A program made the position numbers and the translations under genes. From the NCBI GenBank assembly GCA_050331235.1, contig JBHJHA010000021.1, positions 1 to 64,000 of the forward strand: 64,000 nucleotides of DNA. Reading direction: 5' to 3'. The notes below the pieces were generated by a model that saw only the letters and a list, made by a program, of their open reading frames with translations, ran no database searches and was not told where the DNA came from. This DNA is from Leptolyngbyaceae cyanobacterium (GTDB lineage: Bacteria > Cyanobacteriota > Cyanobacteriia > Phormidesmidales > Phormidesmidaceae). Of the stretch, positions 1 to 10,192 are shown piece after piece (the first letter of the stretch is position 1; every line of letters starts with the position of its first letter).

Positions 1-709
1 CACAGAGAAACGCTTCATGGTCTCTGAGGTTGTAAGTCGCCATCATGGCGGCCACCCACTGCCATGACTTATTTTTCATCCCGTCGATGGCAGCGATAAT
101 GTCGTTGTCTTCAGGAATGACCCGCTCGACATTACTCAACCTGTACTCTCCCTGCCGATCTTTAATAGTTGACGAGACGCCTGCGAAATCAGTCAGTCGC
201 TGAAACTTCTGGCAGGCAATCTGACGACTGCGACTATTTGGTTTCCAGCGGTCTGCCACCTCATCCAGGAGTTGCGCCGTTAATTTTGCGTTCGGTGGCA
301 GCCACTTAAACGCCGGGTACCAGAACTGTTCCCGCCAACGCAGAGAGATAGCCTCTTCCTCTCCCTCCTGCTGTTTCAGCCAGTCCTGCTTAAAGCGTTC
401 TATCCAGGTCTCACAGGTGTCAGGCTTTTCGTTAGGATCGGCTTCAAGATCCCGCCAGTCGAAGCGCTTTTGGGCCAATAAGGCTCCCAGCCGATAGGCT
501 TCAGCTTCGGCAAACTCAATACCGGCAGGGTTGGCATAAACCCCCAGGCGAATAAGCTGCTGACTGGGTCGATCCTTTTTACTGCCGGGTCGGGGGGGAA
601 GAGTACCTCTCAGGGAGAGCTTTTCTCCCCGTTGAAAGAGCCGCAAACCCATTTGAGCCGCTTCCAGCCGCTGATTGGCGGCTTCAACCGTCAACGCCTT
701 CCGCCCCAT
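1..709 (-). CDS. Tyrosine recombinase/integrase (cyanobacterial XisA/XisC-like phage integrase), N-terminal part; runs off the window edge
   Basis: Manually translated from ATG at 709: MGRKALTVEAANQRLEAAQMGLRLFQRGEKLSLRGTLPPRPG...RLGVYANPAGIEFAEAEA...WQWVAAMMATYNLRDHEAF (box I 'Y-G/N-L-R-x-H-E'). Open to position 1 and directly downstream of a tRNA 3' end. Confidence 0.85.
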   Translation of the reverse strand, partial: MGRKALTVEAANQRLEAAQMGLRLFQRGEKLSLRGTLPPRPGSKKDRPSQQLIRLGVYANPAGIEFAEAEAYRLGALLAQKRFDWRDLEADPNEKPDTCETWIERFKQDWLKQQEGEEEAISLRWREQFWYPAFKWLPPNAKLTAQLLDEVADRWKPNSRSRQIACQKFQRLTDFAGVSSTIKDRQGEYRLSNVERVIPEDNDIIAAIDGMKNKSWQWVAAMMATYNLRDHEAFLC

Positions 710-724
710 TTTGAACTAGCTCCC

Positions 725-756
725 GATCTAGACTGATCTAAAAGTGATCTAAAAAT
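725..756 (+). repeat. Three direct GATCTA(AAA) repeats between the tRNA and the integrase; candidate integrase arm-type binding sites
   Basis: gatctagact-gatctaaaagt-gatctaaaaat with 10-11 bp period. Confidence 0.45.
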
Positions 757-849
757 CACTCCGTTTATTCTAGTTCAGTGCCATTCAGTCAGTTCTTGGA
801 TGACCAGGGCTAACCGGTTCAAAAGGGCTCAGGGCCTGTGTTTCTTGTA

Positions 850-922
<73 letters not shown>

Positions 923-1011
923 CCACCGATTTAACACCATAGCAGATTCTCGTTTAGAATTCGTCTCTAGCCTGAAATTATCTGGCTATTGTCCGCTTCG
1001 TTATTTACCTA

Positions 1012-1548
1012 ATGCCCTCCGGCAAAACCCACGATCGCATCACGATAGGCGCTACTCCCTGGTTGGGTCTCATCACCCAATTAGTGACTCAGCATTGGGG
1101 CTACACGGTATTGGTCATCGGGGGCTTTGTTTTTGCCGGTCTCATGTTTGGCCCAGATCTCGACATTCACTCTGTACAAAGCAAACGCTGGGGATGGCTG
1201 GCCTGGATTTGGCGGCCCTATCGCCGTAGCTTACGGCATCGCTCGTGGCTATCCCATGGGTTTTTAGCCGGTACGCTGGTGCGCTTGCTGTATTTGTCAG
1301 GTTGGATCTTGGTGGGCATTCTGTTGGTCTTAGAGGTCAGCAACACCGCCGGTCATACCAGCGTGACTTGGCGCGAGTTGGGCCAATCCATCGGTCAAAT
1401 ATTAGTCCGACACTGGCGGATCTGGGCCGCGATCGCCCTCGGCATTGAAATCGGCGCAATGAGTCATTCCCTGGCTGACTGGTCAACGTCCGCCTGGAAG
1501 CGGGAGCGAAAACGAACGCCAAAAAACCGGCGATCGCCGCGTCGGTAG
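1012..1548 (+). CDS. DUF2227-type putative metal-binding membrane protein
   Basis: MPSGKTHDRIT, FGPDLD, RHRSWLSHG and SHSLADW motifs. Confidence 0.8.
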   Translation: MPSGKTHDRITIGATPWLGLITQLVTQHWGYTVLVIGGFVFAGLMFGPDLDIHSVQSKRWGWLAWIWRPYRRSLRHRSWLSHGFLAGTLVRLLYLSGWILVGILLVLEVSNTAGHTSVTWRELGQSIGQILVRHWRIWAAIALGIEIGAMSHSLADWSTSAWKRERKRTPKNRRSPRR

Positions 1549-1616
1549 CTCTGAACCGGCGATGAGCCAACCCACTGTGCGGCTGCCAATGGTGTGTCAG
1601 TCCAATGAGACAACCG

Positions 1617-3437
1617 TCACTCAGCGGGCACCGGTGCTGCCTCCCCGGTCTCGGCAGGGTCGAGGTCGGCCTCGGGGGCGGTCTCTGGTGCCGACGTCTC
1701 TGGAGTTGCTTCAGCTTCCGGGGTCGTGGGGGACTCCTCCTCAGTGCTGGGCAAGGGTCCCGGACGATTGCCTCGGGTCAAGACCAGATAGAGGTCATAC
1801 CGGAGGCGCTGCTCATCCAACACCGTGGAGGTCACCCCCAACGCTTCAATCGCCTGTAGCAGGGGTTGATCTTCGAGCGGTAACTCGGGAATAAACAGCG
1901 CATTTTCGGTTTGGCTCAGCGCCTGTAGATTGGCGAAGAAATAGCCGTTGTTCGGATAGGGGGCATCCCCTGTTGTGAGCTGAAACAGCGGTGAATTAGC
2001 CAAGGAGCGACGGGGCCGGGGAACGATCGCCTCATCCGTACCGGTACCAACGGTCAAAAAGGCAATGCTGCTGTTGAGCCAGCCCCGGGACAGCATGGTG
2101 GATTGAAATGGGGAGGTCCACCGCACCAGCTCAATGTCACCTTCTGGCTCATCACTGATCGTAAAGCGGTAGCGATTTTCGACCACTTCATCCAACCGGG
2201 CAAAAGCCTGCTCAGCTTGGGGGCGATCGCTCACCTGTGCCAGTGTGACCAAACTAGGGTTCGGTAAGGCGACTTCCGCATCGGGGCTCGCTGCTGGCGG
2301 CACCAAAGCCAGGGCAAATTCTCCTTGCATCCAGGGCAGTAGGTCCTCTTCCAAAGTTAGGCCGGTGGTGCCTTGTAACGCTAGGGCCAGGTTGTCGGGA
2401 TTTAAGGCAGTGAGAGCTCCCCAAGTCCGGCGATCGCTCAAGTCTTGCCAAAATTGCTGAAAGTTACCCCCCGAAGCAAATATCAGAGTATCGCGGGGTA
2501 AATAGTCCGGCAGTTGAGCGGGCACATTGGTGTCGACATAGGTGCGATCGCTGCTATCCCCAAACCAACTTGTGCTTTTCACTTGGATGCCTTGGGTTTC
2601 TACTGACAGGGTCGCTGCCATGCCGCGGCTTTCCTGAAAGGCTTCGATGATTCCAGGGGGGAGTTCTGGTTGGGACGTTTGGGCCAAAATTTGTGTAGCA
2701 GCCGGAATATTGACGTAAAGCTTGCCAAAGGCCTGAGTGACCCCAATATGTTCGAACGATCGCCGATAGCCCGCGACATCAGCCAGATTTTTGCCCCCCT
2801 TGTAAGCATCAATCGCTTGCTGGGCGACCGCCTCATCTTCAGCAATAAAGATTAATTGTGTCCCCAACAGACCGATAAAGACTGACTGAGTGGCGTCTCT
2901 GGTTTTGGGGATTAGTTGCCTCAGGGTAACCCCCCGATACTCAATGGCTTCGCCCTCTGTCGTTCCGAGTGGCAAGGTTTCGGCCGAGAGTTGTGCTGCT
3001 TCGGGGTCAGCAATGGGGAGCAGCAATAAGCGACGCTGATTCCCCACCGTGACCGTGCCCGACTCATTGTCAGATGTGGCGGAAGACTCTGGGATCCAAG
3101 CCAAGGTCACCTCGGGACCGACCCAAGGCGCAATGTCCTGGCTGAAGGCAAGGTCGTATTGCGTTAGCCAGCGATCGCGCCACTGGGCTAATTGCTGATC
3201 AAAGGAGGCCTGAGTCTCAGCGGTGCCAAACTGTCGTAATGTTTGCCACTGTTCGGGATCGGTGGAGAGGCTCGCCGCTGCCACGGCAGTCTGGGGTACG
3301 GCTCTTACCCCGACGGGCAAGCCACGGGCTTGCAACAGTCGCCAGCGTAATCCTAAATAGGTCAGTCCTCCGACCCCGACTAGTAGGCAAGCGGTTCCAA
3401 TCGTGACGATAAGGGGCGGTTTCTTAGCAAATATCAT
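1617..3437 (-). CDS. DUF3352-type membrane-anchored protein
   Basis: N-terminal TM helix, DIAPWVGPEVTLA and DLLPWMQGEFAL motifs, acidic Pro-rich tail. Confidence 0.7.
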   Translation of the reverse strand: MIFAKKPPLIVTIGTACLLVGVGGLTYLGLRWRLLQARGLPVGVRAVPQTAVAAASLSTDPEQWQTLRQFGTAETQASFDQQLAQWRDRWLTQYDLAFSQDIAPWVGPEVTLAWIPESSATSDNESGTVTVGNQRRLLLLPIADPEAAQLSAETLPLGTTEGEAIEYRGVTLRQLIPKTRDATQSVFIGLLGTQLIFIAEDEAVAQQAIDAYKGGKNLADVAGYRRSFEHIGVTQAFGKLYVNIPAATQILAQTSQPELPPGIIEAFQESRGMAATLSVETQGIQVKSTSWFGDSSDRTYVDTNVPAQLPDYLPRDTLIFASGGNFQQFWQDLSDRRTWGALTALNPDNLALALQGTTGLTLEEDLLPWMQGEFALALVPPAASPDAEVALPNPSLVTLAQVSDRPQAEQAFARLDEVVENRYRFTISDEPEGDIELVRWTSPFQSTMLSRGWLNSSIAFLTVGTGTDEAIVPRPRRSLANSPLFQLTTGDAPYPNNGYFFANLQALSQTENALFIPELPLEDQPLLQAIEALGVTSTVLDEQRLRYDLYLVLTRGNRPGPLPSTEEESPTTPEAEATPETSAPETAPEADLDPAETGEAAPVPAE

Positions 3438-4152
3438 GACTGCGATATCGCGTCTGAGGCAACTGTAAGGGGCACTGTGTCAGGGACAATAACTCTAAAA
3501 TCGTTGGACACCTGATCAGGGGTAAGCGGAACTGGAAGTGTCCCGGACGATCGCTGCACGGTGCTAACTAGGCATGAGTGTTGGTAAGCCAGACAGCTTG
3601 GACCCGGGTAATCGGCCGGGTAAAGGTAAAGCCCTGACACTTTAGCAAACACTGTTCAGAATGAGGCACTCTCCATCAGCGAAGTTTGCCTAAAGATAAT
3701 GACGTAGCGTGATGCCAACAAGTTGCTAATGCGCCAATTGGCAACCCAAATCGAGGAGAACGGCTCCTTGCGATCGCTGCTAAGTGAGCCCAAAACACAC
3801 CTTAAGGATCTTTAAAGTTATCTTCTAAACTGTCACCTGTGGCTGATGGCACACGTTACCAGGCCGCCAATGCCCAGCGCTAGGGAGTCTCAGGGCCTCG
3901 TGGAATAGTCGTTGGTTTCGGTATTTATACATAAATATTGGCCGTTGATGGTGTATCCCTTTGCTTGGATTTCCGCGGTTAATGACTAGGCAGCGCTAGC
4001 TTGCCTGAGAACTTGTTAGAAACTTTATTCTTGTAACCCGTAGCTTCTGCTAATTTTTATGTCACCTGGGGGATACTACGACTACTGCGCGTCGGTACGC
4101 TTCCCACTATTCAGGAATCTGCCGTCTATTGGTTATTCGGAGCTTAGGGTCT

Positions 4153-4728
4153 ATGGTCAGTAGCGCTTCTTTGGTCTCTTCTTCTACACGACCTTCCTTG
4201 CTGTTTGGCAATCGCAGACGGTCGCAATCAGGACAAGAGGTCGCAGCGTTGCATCGCGGACAGGTGCTCGTCGAGACAGCACCCCATGGCATGATGGGCG
4301 GCTCCGTCTCCGCAAAAATGTACGTCAAAGCGTCTCGGGCCGATATCTGGGCACAGCTGACGCAATATCGACGTTGGGTTGAGTTTTTTCCCAATATTAG
4401 CCGGAGTGAAGTGTTGAGCTCTGGTCAGTACGAGCATCGGGTCTATCAGGTGGGCCGTAAGTGTTTTCTGGCGATCGCCGCCGAGGTTGAGATTTACCTT
4501 AAGGTCTACGAAGACCCGTTTTACAGCATTCAGTTTCGCCTAGACAAAGGCACCTTTAAGGATTTTGGCGCTGACCTGACCCTCCAAGATTGGCAGAATG
4601 GGACCTTGCTGACCTATACCGTACAAGCAACCCCCCTCATCCCCGTACCGAGCTTTTTGATTGAGCAGGGCATGCGCCAAGACCTGCCCAGCAACATGGA
4701 GCACATGCGCCGGGTACTCTGCCGCTAG
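4153..4728 (+). CDS. SRPBCC/polyketide cyclase-dehydrase family protein
   Basis: IWAQLTQYRRWVEFFPNISRS and LTYTVQATPLIPVP motifs; start set at the ATG at 4153. Confidence 0.8.
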   Translation: MVSSASLVSSSTRPSLLFGNRRRSQSGQEVAALHRGQVLVETAPHGMMGGSVSAKMYVKASRADIWAQLTQYRRWVEFFPNISRSEVLSSGQYEHRVYQVGRKCFLAIAAEVEIYLKVYEDPFYSIQFRLDKGTFKDFGADLTLQDWQNGTLLTYTVQATPLIPVPSFLIEQGMRQDLPSNMEHMRRVLCR

Positions 4729-4813
4729 ACCTACTGCCCTTCGTAGCGGCATTGGCTTTGTAAGTTGGAGACTGCTCTGCAGCGGCAGCGTTCGTCAGGC
4801 GGAGCGGTTGCGT

Positions 4814-5263
4814 TTAACCTCGATTTTTGATGGTCATCACCTGCACAATTTGCAGGGCGGTGTCCCCAGGGATTTCTAAAATACGGTACAGATCATCTAA
4901 AAATGCCTGCTCTTGGGAGGTGACCGTGCCATCTGACAGCACCAAGTCAGTGGCGATCGCAAAGGCAGTCTCTCTCAGGTCGGTGGGCAGTTGGGCCTTG
5001 GCCATGTCGATGAGCGTGCTGGGTCCCTGCAGCTTGAGCAGTGACAGGAGCTTGTCAAACATGCGGTGCATGACCTCATGGGAGTAGCTCTGAAAGAGAG
5101 ACATGCGCTCTAGCATGTGGGTCATGTCGCGACCCTCTTGATCTGAGAGGTAACCATCGGCCGCGATCGCCACCAACGCGACCGCTGCAAAGGCTTCCTC
5201 TGGTTTGAGCTCTACCGGCTTGTCTGCCTGGTCCCCATTAAACACACTGTCAAATAAGCCCAT
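4814..5263 (-). CDS. TerB-family (tellurite resistance-like) protein
   Basis: AIAADGYLSDQE and TDLVLSDGTVTSQEQAFL duplicated TerB motifs. Confidence 0.8.
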   Translation of the reverse strand: MGLFDSVFNGDQADKPVELKPEEAFAAVALVAIAADGYLSDQEGRDMTHMLERMSLFQSYSHEVMHRMFDKLLSLLKLQGPSTLIDMAKAQLPTDLRETAFAIATDLVLSDGTVTSQEQAFLDDLYRILEIPGDTALQIVQVMTIKNRG

Positions 5264-5362
5264 GCGTCCTGCAAACCCTTGTATCATCGACCTCCCCATA
5301 ATGGCCTAGTTTCCCAGTTGGCTCTCAGGTTTTTACGGAGTTGTTACAGGGTGAGGCGTCGG

Positions 5363-6100
5363 CTAAAACAACCGCGCGATCGCCACAATGAGGGGGCCGA
5401 GCAAAAGCGCTGGCAAAAAGGACGCAATGCGAATTTGGGTCACTTCTAGCAACCCTAACCCCAAGCCGATAATCATCATCCCACCAATGCCTGTTGTCAG
5501 CAGCACATGGGGATCCGTCGTGGGATCGCCAATCACCGTTGATAGCGTGCCGGCTAGCAGCGACAGGCCCCCTTGAATCAGTAAAACCGTCCCCGCAGAA
5601 AACCCCACCCCCATGCCGTAGCTGCCCGTCAGGGCGATCGCTGCCAACCCATCCATCGCCGCTTTGAGCGTCAGCAGGGTATTGTCTCCGGTGAGTCCGT
5701 TGTTGAGGCTACCGATGATAGTCATTGGTCCAATGCAAAACAGCAAGCTAGCGGCCACCAGTCCTTCCGTAAAGCGCCCTCCACCTTTGACCTGAGCCTT
5801 GAGGGCGTCGCCCATGGCCATCAAACTGGTTTCGAGCTGCCACCACTCTCCGAGCAGCCCCCCCGCCACTAGAGCCAGCAGACCCAAAATCACACCGTCG
5901 ATGGGACCCGCATTGACCTCAAACAGGCTACGAGACATGGCAAACCCAATGACCAAGGTAAGCAGTCCCACTGCCTGGGTAATGACTTGCTGCATGGCCC
6001 TGGGCAAGCGATGGCGCAATAGCAAACCGAGACCCGAACCCATCAAAACGGTGGCGACATTGATCCACGTACCACTGGTACGAGCCCAGAAACTTAACAT
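5363..6100 (-). CDS. DUF554 family membrane protein
   Basis: GTWINVATV, ASLLFCIGPMTIIGS and KAAMDG motifs; multiple TM helices. Confidence 0.85.
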   Translation of the reverse strand: MLSFWARTSGTWINVATVLMGSGLGLLLRHRLPRAMQQVITQAVGLLTLVIGFAMSRSLFEVNAGPIDGVILGLLALVAGGLLGEWWQLETSLMAMGDALKAQVKGGGRFTEGLVAASLLFCIGPMTIIGSLNNGLTGDNTLLTLKAAMDGLAAIALTGSYGMGVGFSAGTVLLIQGGLSLLAGTLSTVIGDPTTDPHVLLTTGIGGMMIIGLGLGLLEVTQIRIASFLPALLLGPLIVAIARLF

Positions 6101-6117
6101 GTGTACCTAAAAAAAAT

Positions 6118-6145
6118 GCCTTCCCTATTGTCACAGGGAAGGCAT
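6118..6145. terminator. Intergenic hairpin
   Basis: tgccttccct-N8-agggaaggca, 10-bp perfect stem, A-run on the left (U-tail on the minus strand). Confidence 0.5.
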
Positions 6146-6203
6146 CACACGAAGAACACTGCAAAAGTAGAGCTCGTCAGATCGTTCAATCTTGACCAGT
6201 TAT

Positions 6204-7559
6204 CTAGTTGACTAGCCGGCTGGACCGCTGCCACAGCTCTTCCCACCATTGGGTGTTGCCCGGTACCGGGTCAAATCTGACAAAGGGTAGCTCCCGGCGA
6301 ATGTCGTTGATGTTCCAACCGGTTAAGCGAGCTAAGGTTTGCGCCTCTTGTTCAAACCGCTGGGGCAGCGATCGCCGATAGTCTTGCCCAGCTGGACAGG
6401 TGGCCTCGCCCAAGAATGGATGCTGCATAACGTAGCGTCCCTGGAAGAATTCTTGATTGTTCGTCTGCTGAAACATCAGGTCCTCGGGAAACTTGGCGCG
6501 GGTATAGCGCACATGTAGCCGAGTTACAAACACGTTGGACTCCCAAGGTGAGCTGTTGGGCGCTACCCAAAACACCCCGGCTTTGCGCAGTTCTTCCGCG
6601 TTCAATGGTTCTGCGGAGCAGGGGTCGCAGCCGGCCATGCTCCAGGCATATTCGAGAAAAGCGACTTCCTGATTTTCGCGTTCATAGCTGCGCTCAAACA
6701 GTGCGTTGTAAAACTCCCCAAACTGCTCTTCTACATAGGGTGGAATGATTTCATTTGACGGAATTTTGACCGTTCGATAATTGGTCAGCTCCACCTGGCC
6801 ATCGGGCGACAGCAGATATACCAGTAGATCCTGCGCACTAGAGGCATTCATCATGCCCAGGCGAATTGGTAGCATGAAGCGCGGTGACTCGTAGGCAATT
6901 TGCAGGGGACGGAGGGTTTGGAACTCAGCGCGATCGAACTCCTCAAGATTGACCCGCGCGACAAAAAACTTCAGTCCCTGCCGGATATATGGCTGCAGCA
7001 GTGCATTAGCGCCCTGGGGAATGTTGTAGCCGTTTTGAATCAGCCAGGTTTCCAGACCGTTCGACTCTTCAGCGCTGAGAATGATAATGTCATACTCTCC
7101 CACCGCAAATGCGGCTTCGACGGTGACGCCTAGGGCCTCATTAGCAACCTCTCCCCGAGATGACATCATGGGGGCCGCTGGTAGCGCTCCGGCTTCATCA
7201 AGCATGATTTGTGGGGCACAGGGATCCGGGTCAAAGTATTCCACTAGCCGAGGGGCACTAAAGTCATCTAGGCGCTCGACGATCGCTGGGTCACCCACGT
7301 TTACCTGGCCCTCTTGCAGCACAGTAGGCACGGGTACCACCATGGCAAAGTCAGCGACCTCGCCTTGGTAGTCATTGGCCATGGTCAGCACCGTACGATC
7401 GCCATCCCGGGCAATGATCACCTGAGACGCTTCGTTGTACAGACTGGTATCAGCCTTGGCAACGTAAAAGCCACAAAAAGCGAGCGCTGCTGGCGTCAGA
7501 ATCAAGAAGGCGGCGATCGCCCCAACTAGTCCGACCCAAAGTGAATGACGTTTATTCAT
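6204..7559 (-). CDS. DUF2330 family secreted protein
   Basis: Signal peptide ending ALA|FCGFYVAKAD; FAMVVPVP, SAPRLVEYFD, CDPC and VTRLHVRY motifs. Confidence 0.85.
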   Translation of the reverse strand: MNKRHSLWVGLVGAIAAFLILTPAALAFCGFYVAKADTSLYNEASQVIIARDGDRTVLTMANDYQGEVADFAMVVPVPTVLQEGQVNVGDPAIVERLDDFSAPRLVEYFDPDPCAPQIMLDEAGALPAAPMMSSRGEVANEALGVTVEAAFAVGEYDIIILSAEESNGLETWLIQNGYNIPQGANALLQPYIRQGLKFFVARVNLEEFDRAEFQTLRPLQIAYESPRFMLPIRLGMMNASSAQDLLVYLLSPDGQVELTNYRTVKIPSNEIIPPYVEEQFGEFYNALFERSYERENQEVAFLEYAWSMAGCDPCSAEPLNAEELRKAGVFWVAPNSSPWESNVFVTRLHVRYTRAKFPEDLMFQQTNNQEFFQGRYVMQHPFLGEATCPAGQDYRRSLPQRFEQEAQTLARLTGWNINDIRRELPFVRFDPVPGNTQWWEELWQRSSRLVN

Positions 7560-7756
7560 CGGTTTACCCTTGGTGAAATGTTTACTGCAAAACCTGAATA
7601 TTGATGGCCCAACCGCTAGTGGTCTGGCATTGAGAGGGCTGATGCACTGAATAAGCTTGTAATGGTTGGAACGCTTTCCCCTTCCTCCCCTTGAACGGTG
7701 GGAATTTTGGTCCTCCCGACAGTGGCTATTGACGCTAGGTCAGTCCTGATGGTGCT

Positions 7757-7913
7757 GGCGTGGTGTGTCTGCCCAGTTGACACACCACGCCGGTGCGCAC
7801 TCAAAGAACACCCTCCAGACTGGGCGCGATCGCCCATCCCTAACAGACAGTCTGGCCAAATTACGATGCAGTCCTTGCAGTCTTCAGGAGCCCTGCCAAT
7901 CGCAAGGACTGCA
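7757..7913. repeat. Three consecutive inverted repeats in an intergenic spacer
   Basis: ggcgtggtgtgtc/gacacaccacgcc (7757-7791, 13 bp perfect), ccagactg/cagtctgg (7815-7855), tgcagtccttgc/gcaaggactgca (7867-7913). Confidence 0.75.
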
Positions 7914-7941
7914 ACTGCGGAGGTTGTGATTGTGCCGGGGG

Positions 7942-8859
7942 CTACTCGATGACAGAGGCCGCTGGTGTAAAGCGTTTCCAAGCAAAGCGGTCTGATTGCC
8001 ACAGATAATCTAGGGCAATGGTCAGGGGCGACAATAGGAACAAAGCCCAAAAGACCGCAGTGGAGAGATAAAAGTAGTTCCGCAAAACAAAGGTGAGCCC
8101 AGCGATGCTCAACGCCCAAATTAGCCGCGCCGGACGCGCGTTGGGAATTGAGCGTGGGTCAGTCACCATGAAGAGAGCAAACAGCAACAATGACCCGCTT
8201 GACAAACGGTGTAACAGCACATCCCAAGTCCAACCGAGATACAGATTTCTCGCCGCTTCTAACAGCGCATAACTCCCTAAAAATGCTGCTGTGGTGTCCC
8301 AGCGGCCTACTCGCTTCAGCACCATGCCACCCGCCCCAATAAAGATCAGGGCGTACCAAACCTCTTCACCCCACTGTCCGGGAGAGACCCAGGCATCGTG
8401 AGTTAGGGTCAGCGCAGCAACAATGCCGAGGTTAGCGGGGTTAAAAAAATGCTTGCCGTTGATTTTACAAACGAACTTGCTCGCGATCGCGATCGCGGCT
8501 GCCAGGGCCATCGTGGGCCAATGATCCACCCTCAACAGCAAGCTCAATCCCAACGCCGTGATTAAAGGACTGCGCCAGTTGATGACGGAGCCGTGAAACC
8601 ATTTAACCCCAAGGGCCCGCCACGGTAAATTGCCTGAAAATGCAACAGTCTGAGAGGGGCCGACACCGTTAAGATGCTGAGGGGAGAAAGCCCGGTAGCG
8701 ACACCATTGTGAACAGACAGTTTGGGTCAGGAGGGCAGTGGCGATCGCAACACCCACCACCTCAAGTTTCAGCGTCCAATCCCGCGTTGAAAAACCTAAC
8801 AATAAAAATAAGCATAAGAAGGCAATTTGATAATCGCGAGCATCTCTCAACACAGCCAC
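7942..8859 (-). CDS. Stand-alone RnfD/NqrB-like integral membrane protein
   Basis: RDARDYQI, SPLITALGLSLLLR, SKF...KHFFNPAN and FMVTDPRSIP motifs; many TM segments. Confidence 0.8.
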   Translation of the reverse strand: MAVLRDARDYQIAFLCLFLLLGFSTRDWTLKLEVVGVAIATALLTQTVCSQWCRYRAFSPQHLNGVGPSQTVAFSGNLPWRALGVKWFHGSVINWRSPLITALGLSLLLRVDHWPTMALAAAIAIASKFVCKINGKHFFNPANLGIVAALTLTHDAWVSPGQWGEEVWYALIFIGAGGMVLKRVGRWDTTAAFLGSYALLEAARNLYLGWTWDVLLHRLSSGSLLLFALFMVTDPRSIPNARPARLIWALSIAGLTFVLRNYFYLSTAVFWALFLLSPLTIALDYLWQSDRFAWKRFTPAASVIE

Positions 8860-9069
8860 TCTCCAGTCAGTGCAACAACTTGACCGTTAGTATGACGCCC
8901 TATCGGGAGCTGGAGTGCCACGGTTACAGCTTCTGTAACGCTTGACTCAAGGCGCGATATCCGACTGTGCGATAGACAAATTTTGTTGATAGCCAAGATC
9001 AACAATCGGTCAAAGTTGGAAAAAATCTACGCTGCATAAAGTTCCGAAGGGGGAAAGACTTCGTGAGGA

Positions 9070-9579
9070 TTACGCGATCGCCCGCTTGGCCCAGGGCGAA
9101 ACCATGACTGGCGATCGTGCTGGCTGGGATTTTGGCTGGCGCGCGATACTAATGTTCTCAACTTGCCAGCGTTCCGGTTGCCAAGTGCTGGTAATCCAGG
9201 TATCGGTGATGCTGTCGTAGATGCAGGCCTCGCCATCGCGGTAATTGAGGCTAAATTGAGAGCCCGTTTGCATGTCGGCACCGGACAAAATAACCTCAGA
9301 GTTGGTCATCCGAAACTGACCGAACACTTCGTCAAACCCCATCATGAGACTACCTTCGGGGCTGAGCACGATAGCCTTTAGCGCCTGCAGATTGAAAACA
9401 ATGTCTGTCTGGTTGGCGTAGTGGTCACCGGCGACCGTCCCAATCAGCCTGTAACCTGAGTCAAACGTGTAAATAAATCGATATTGGCTAGTTCGTAGAC
9501 ACAAAATCATTGATGGAGACTCATTAGAAGACGAATAATCTGGTATGACAGCGACATTCATTGGTTTAACTCTGTGCAA
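9070..9579 (-). CDS. Hypothetical protein
   Basis: 169-aa ORF with plausible globular composition; start uncertain. Confidence 0.5.
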   Translation of the reverse strand: MHRVKPMNVAVIPDYSSSNESPSMILCLRTSQYRFIYTFDSGYRLIGTVAGDHYANQTDIVFNLQALKAIVLSPEGSLMMGFDEVFGQFRMTNSEVILSGADMQTGSQFSLNYRDGEACIYDSITDTWITSTWQPERWQVENISIARQPKSQPARSPVMVSPWAKRAIA

Positions 9580-10192
9580 ATTGAGTCACTGCCAAAGGCT
9601 TTAATCCGGATCATTGCGTCATGGACAATTGATGGCGAACGTAATTTTTGAGTAATTACGCGGTAGCTCCACACCCGTATTAAGTAAAACTATAGGTTTT
9701 GAGGGAGACAGTCCGTGTTTTTTCTGATGCATTTTACAGAGGCTTGAAAAAATACTGTTGAACCTGAAGGAAGTGTGAACACCTCAGTGGTCAAACTGTG
9801 CTCAGACCCCTCAACATGTTGGCTGCAGCCTCCATTAATGGCCCTCGCACCGCGATACACCTGATATCCCTTTACAGGCATCTCATCCTCAATCCTGATT
9901 GTCGTTAGGGTTTCCTTATAGAAAGGGCGGTCAACTTTAAGGATGAGGGCGATCGCTATATTCATGATCAGCGGATTAATGAGCGGGACTCAGAAAACCT
10001 ACGGATCAGCCTCAAAAATATCTGCTTTAACGTTGAGCGTATGGGCGATCGCCCTCGCATTCCTGTAATCCACTTCTTTTCCTCGGGGGACAGGCTGAGA
10101 TTTCCGCGGCGATCCGAACGTTACAGGGCTTAACGCTGACAACGCGTTTGGTCAGGCAAAATCAGAGCACTTCCCTTAGTGCGAGGTCGCAT

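Noticed and set aside
7616..8119. 167-aa minus-strand ORF containing CKDC
   Set aside because: Overlaps the RnfD-like gene out of frame, has atypical composition and runs through inverted repeats.
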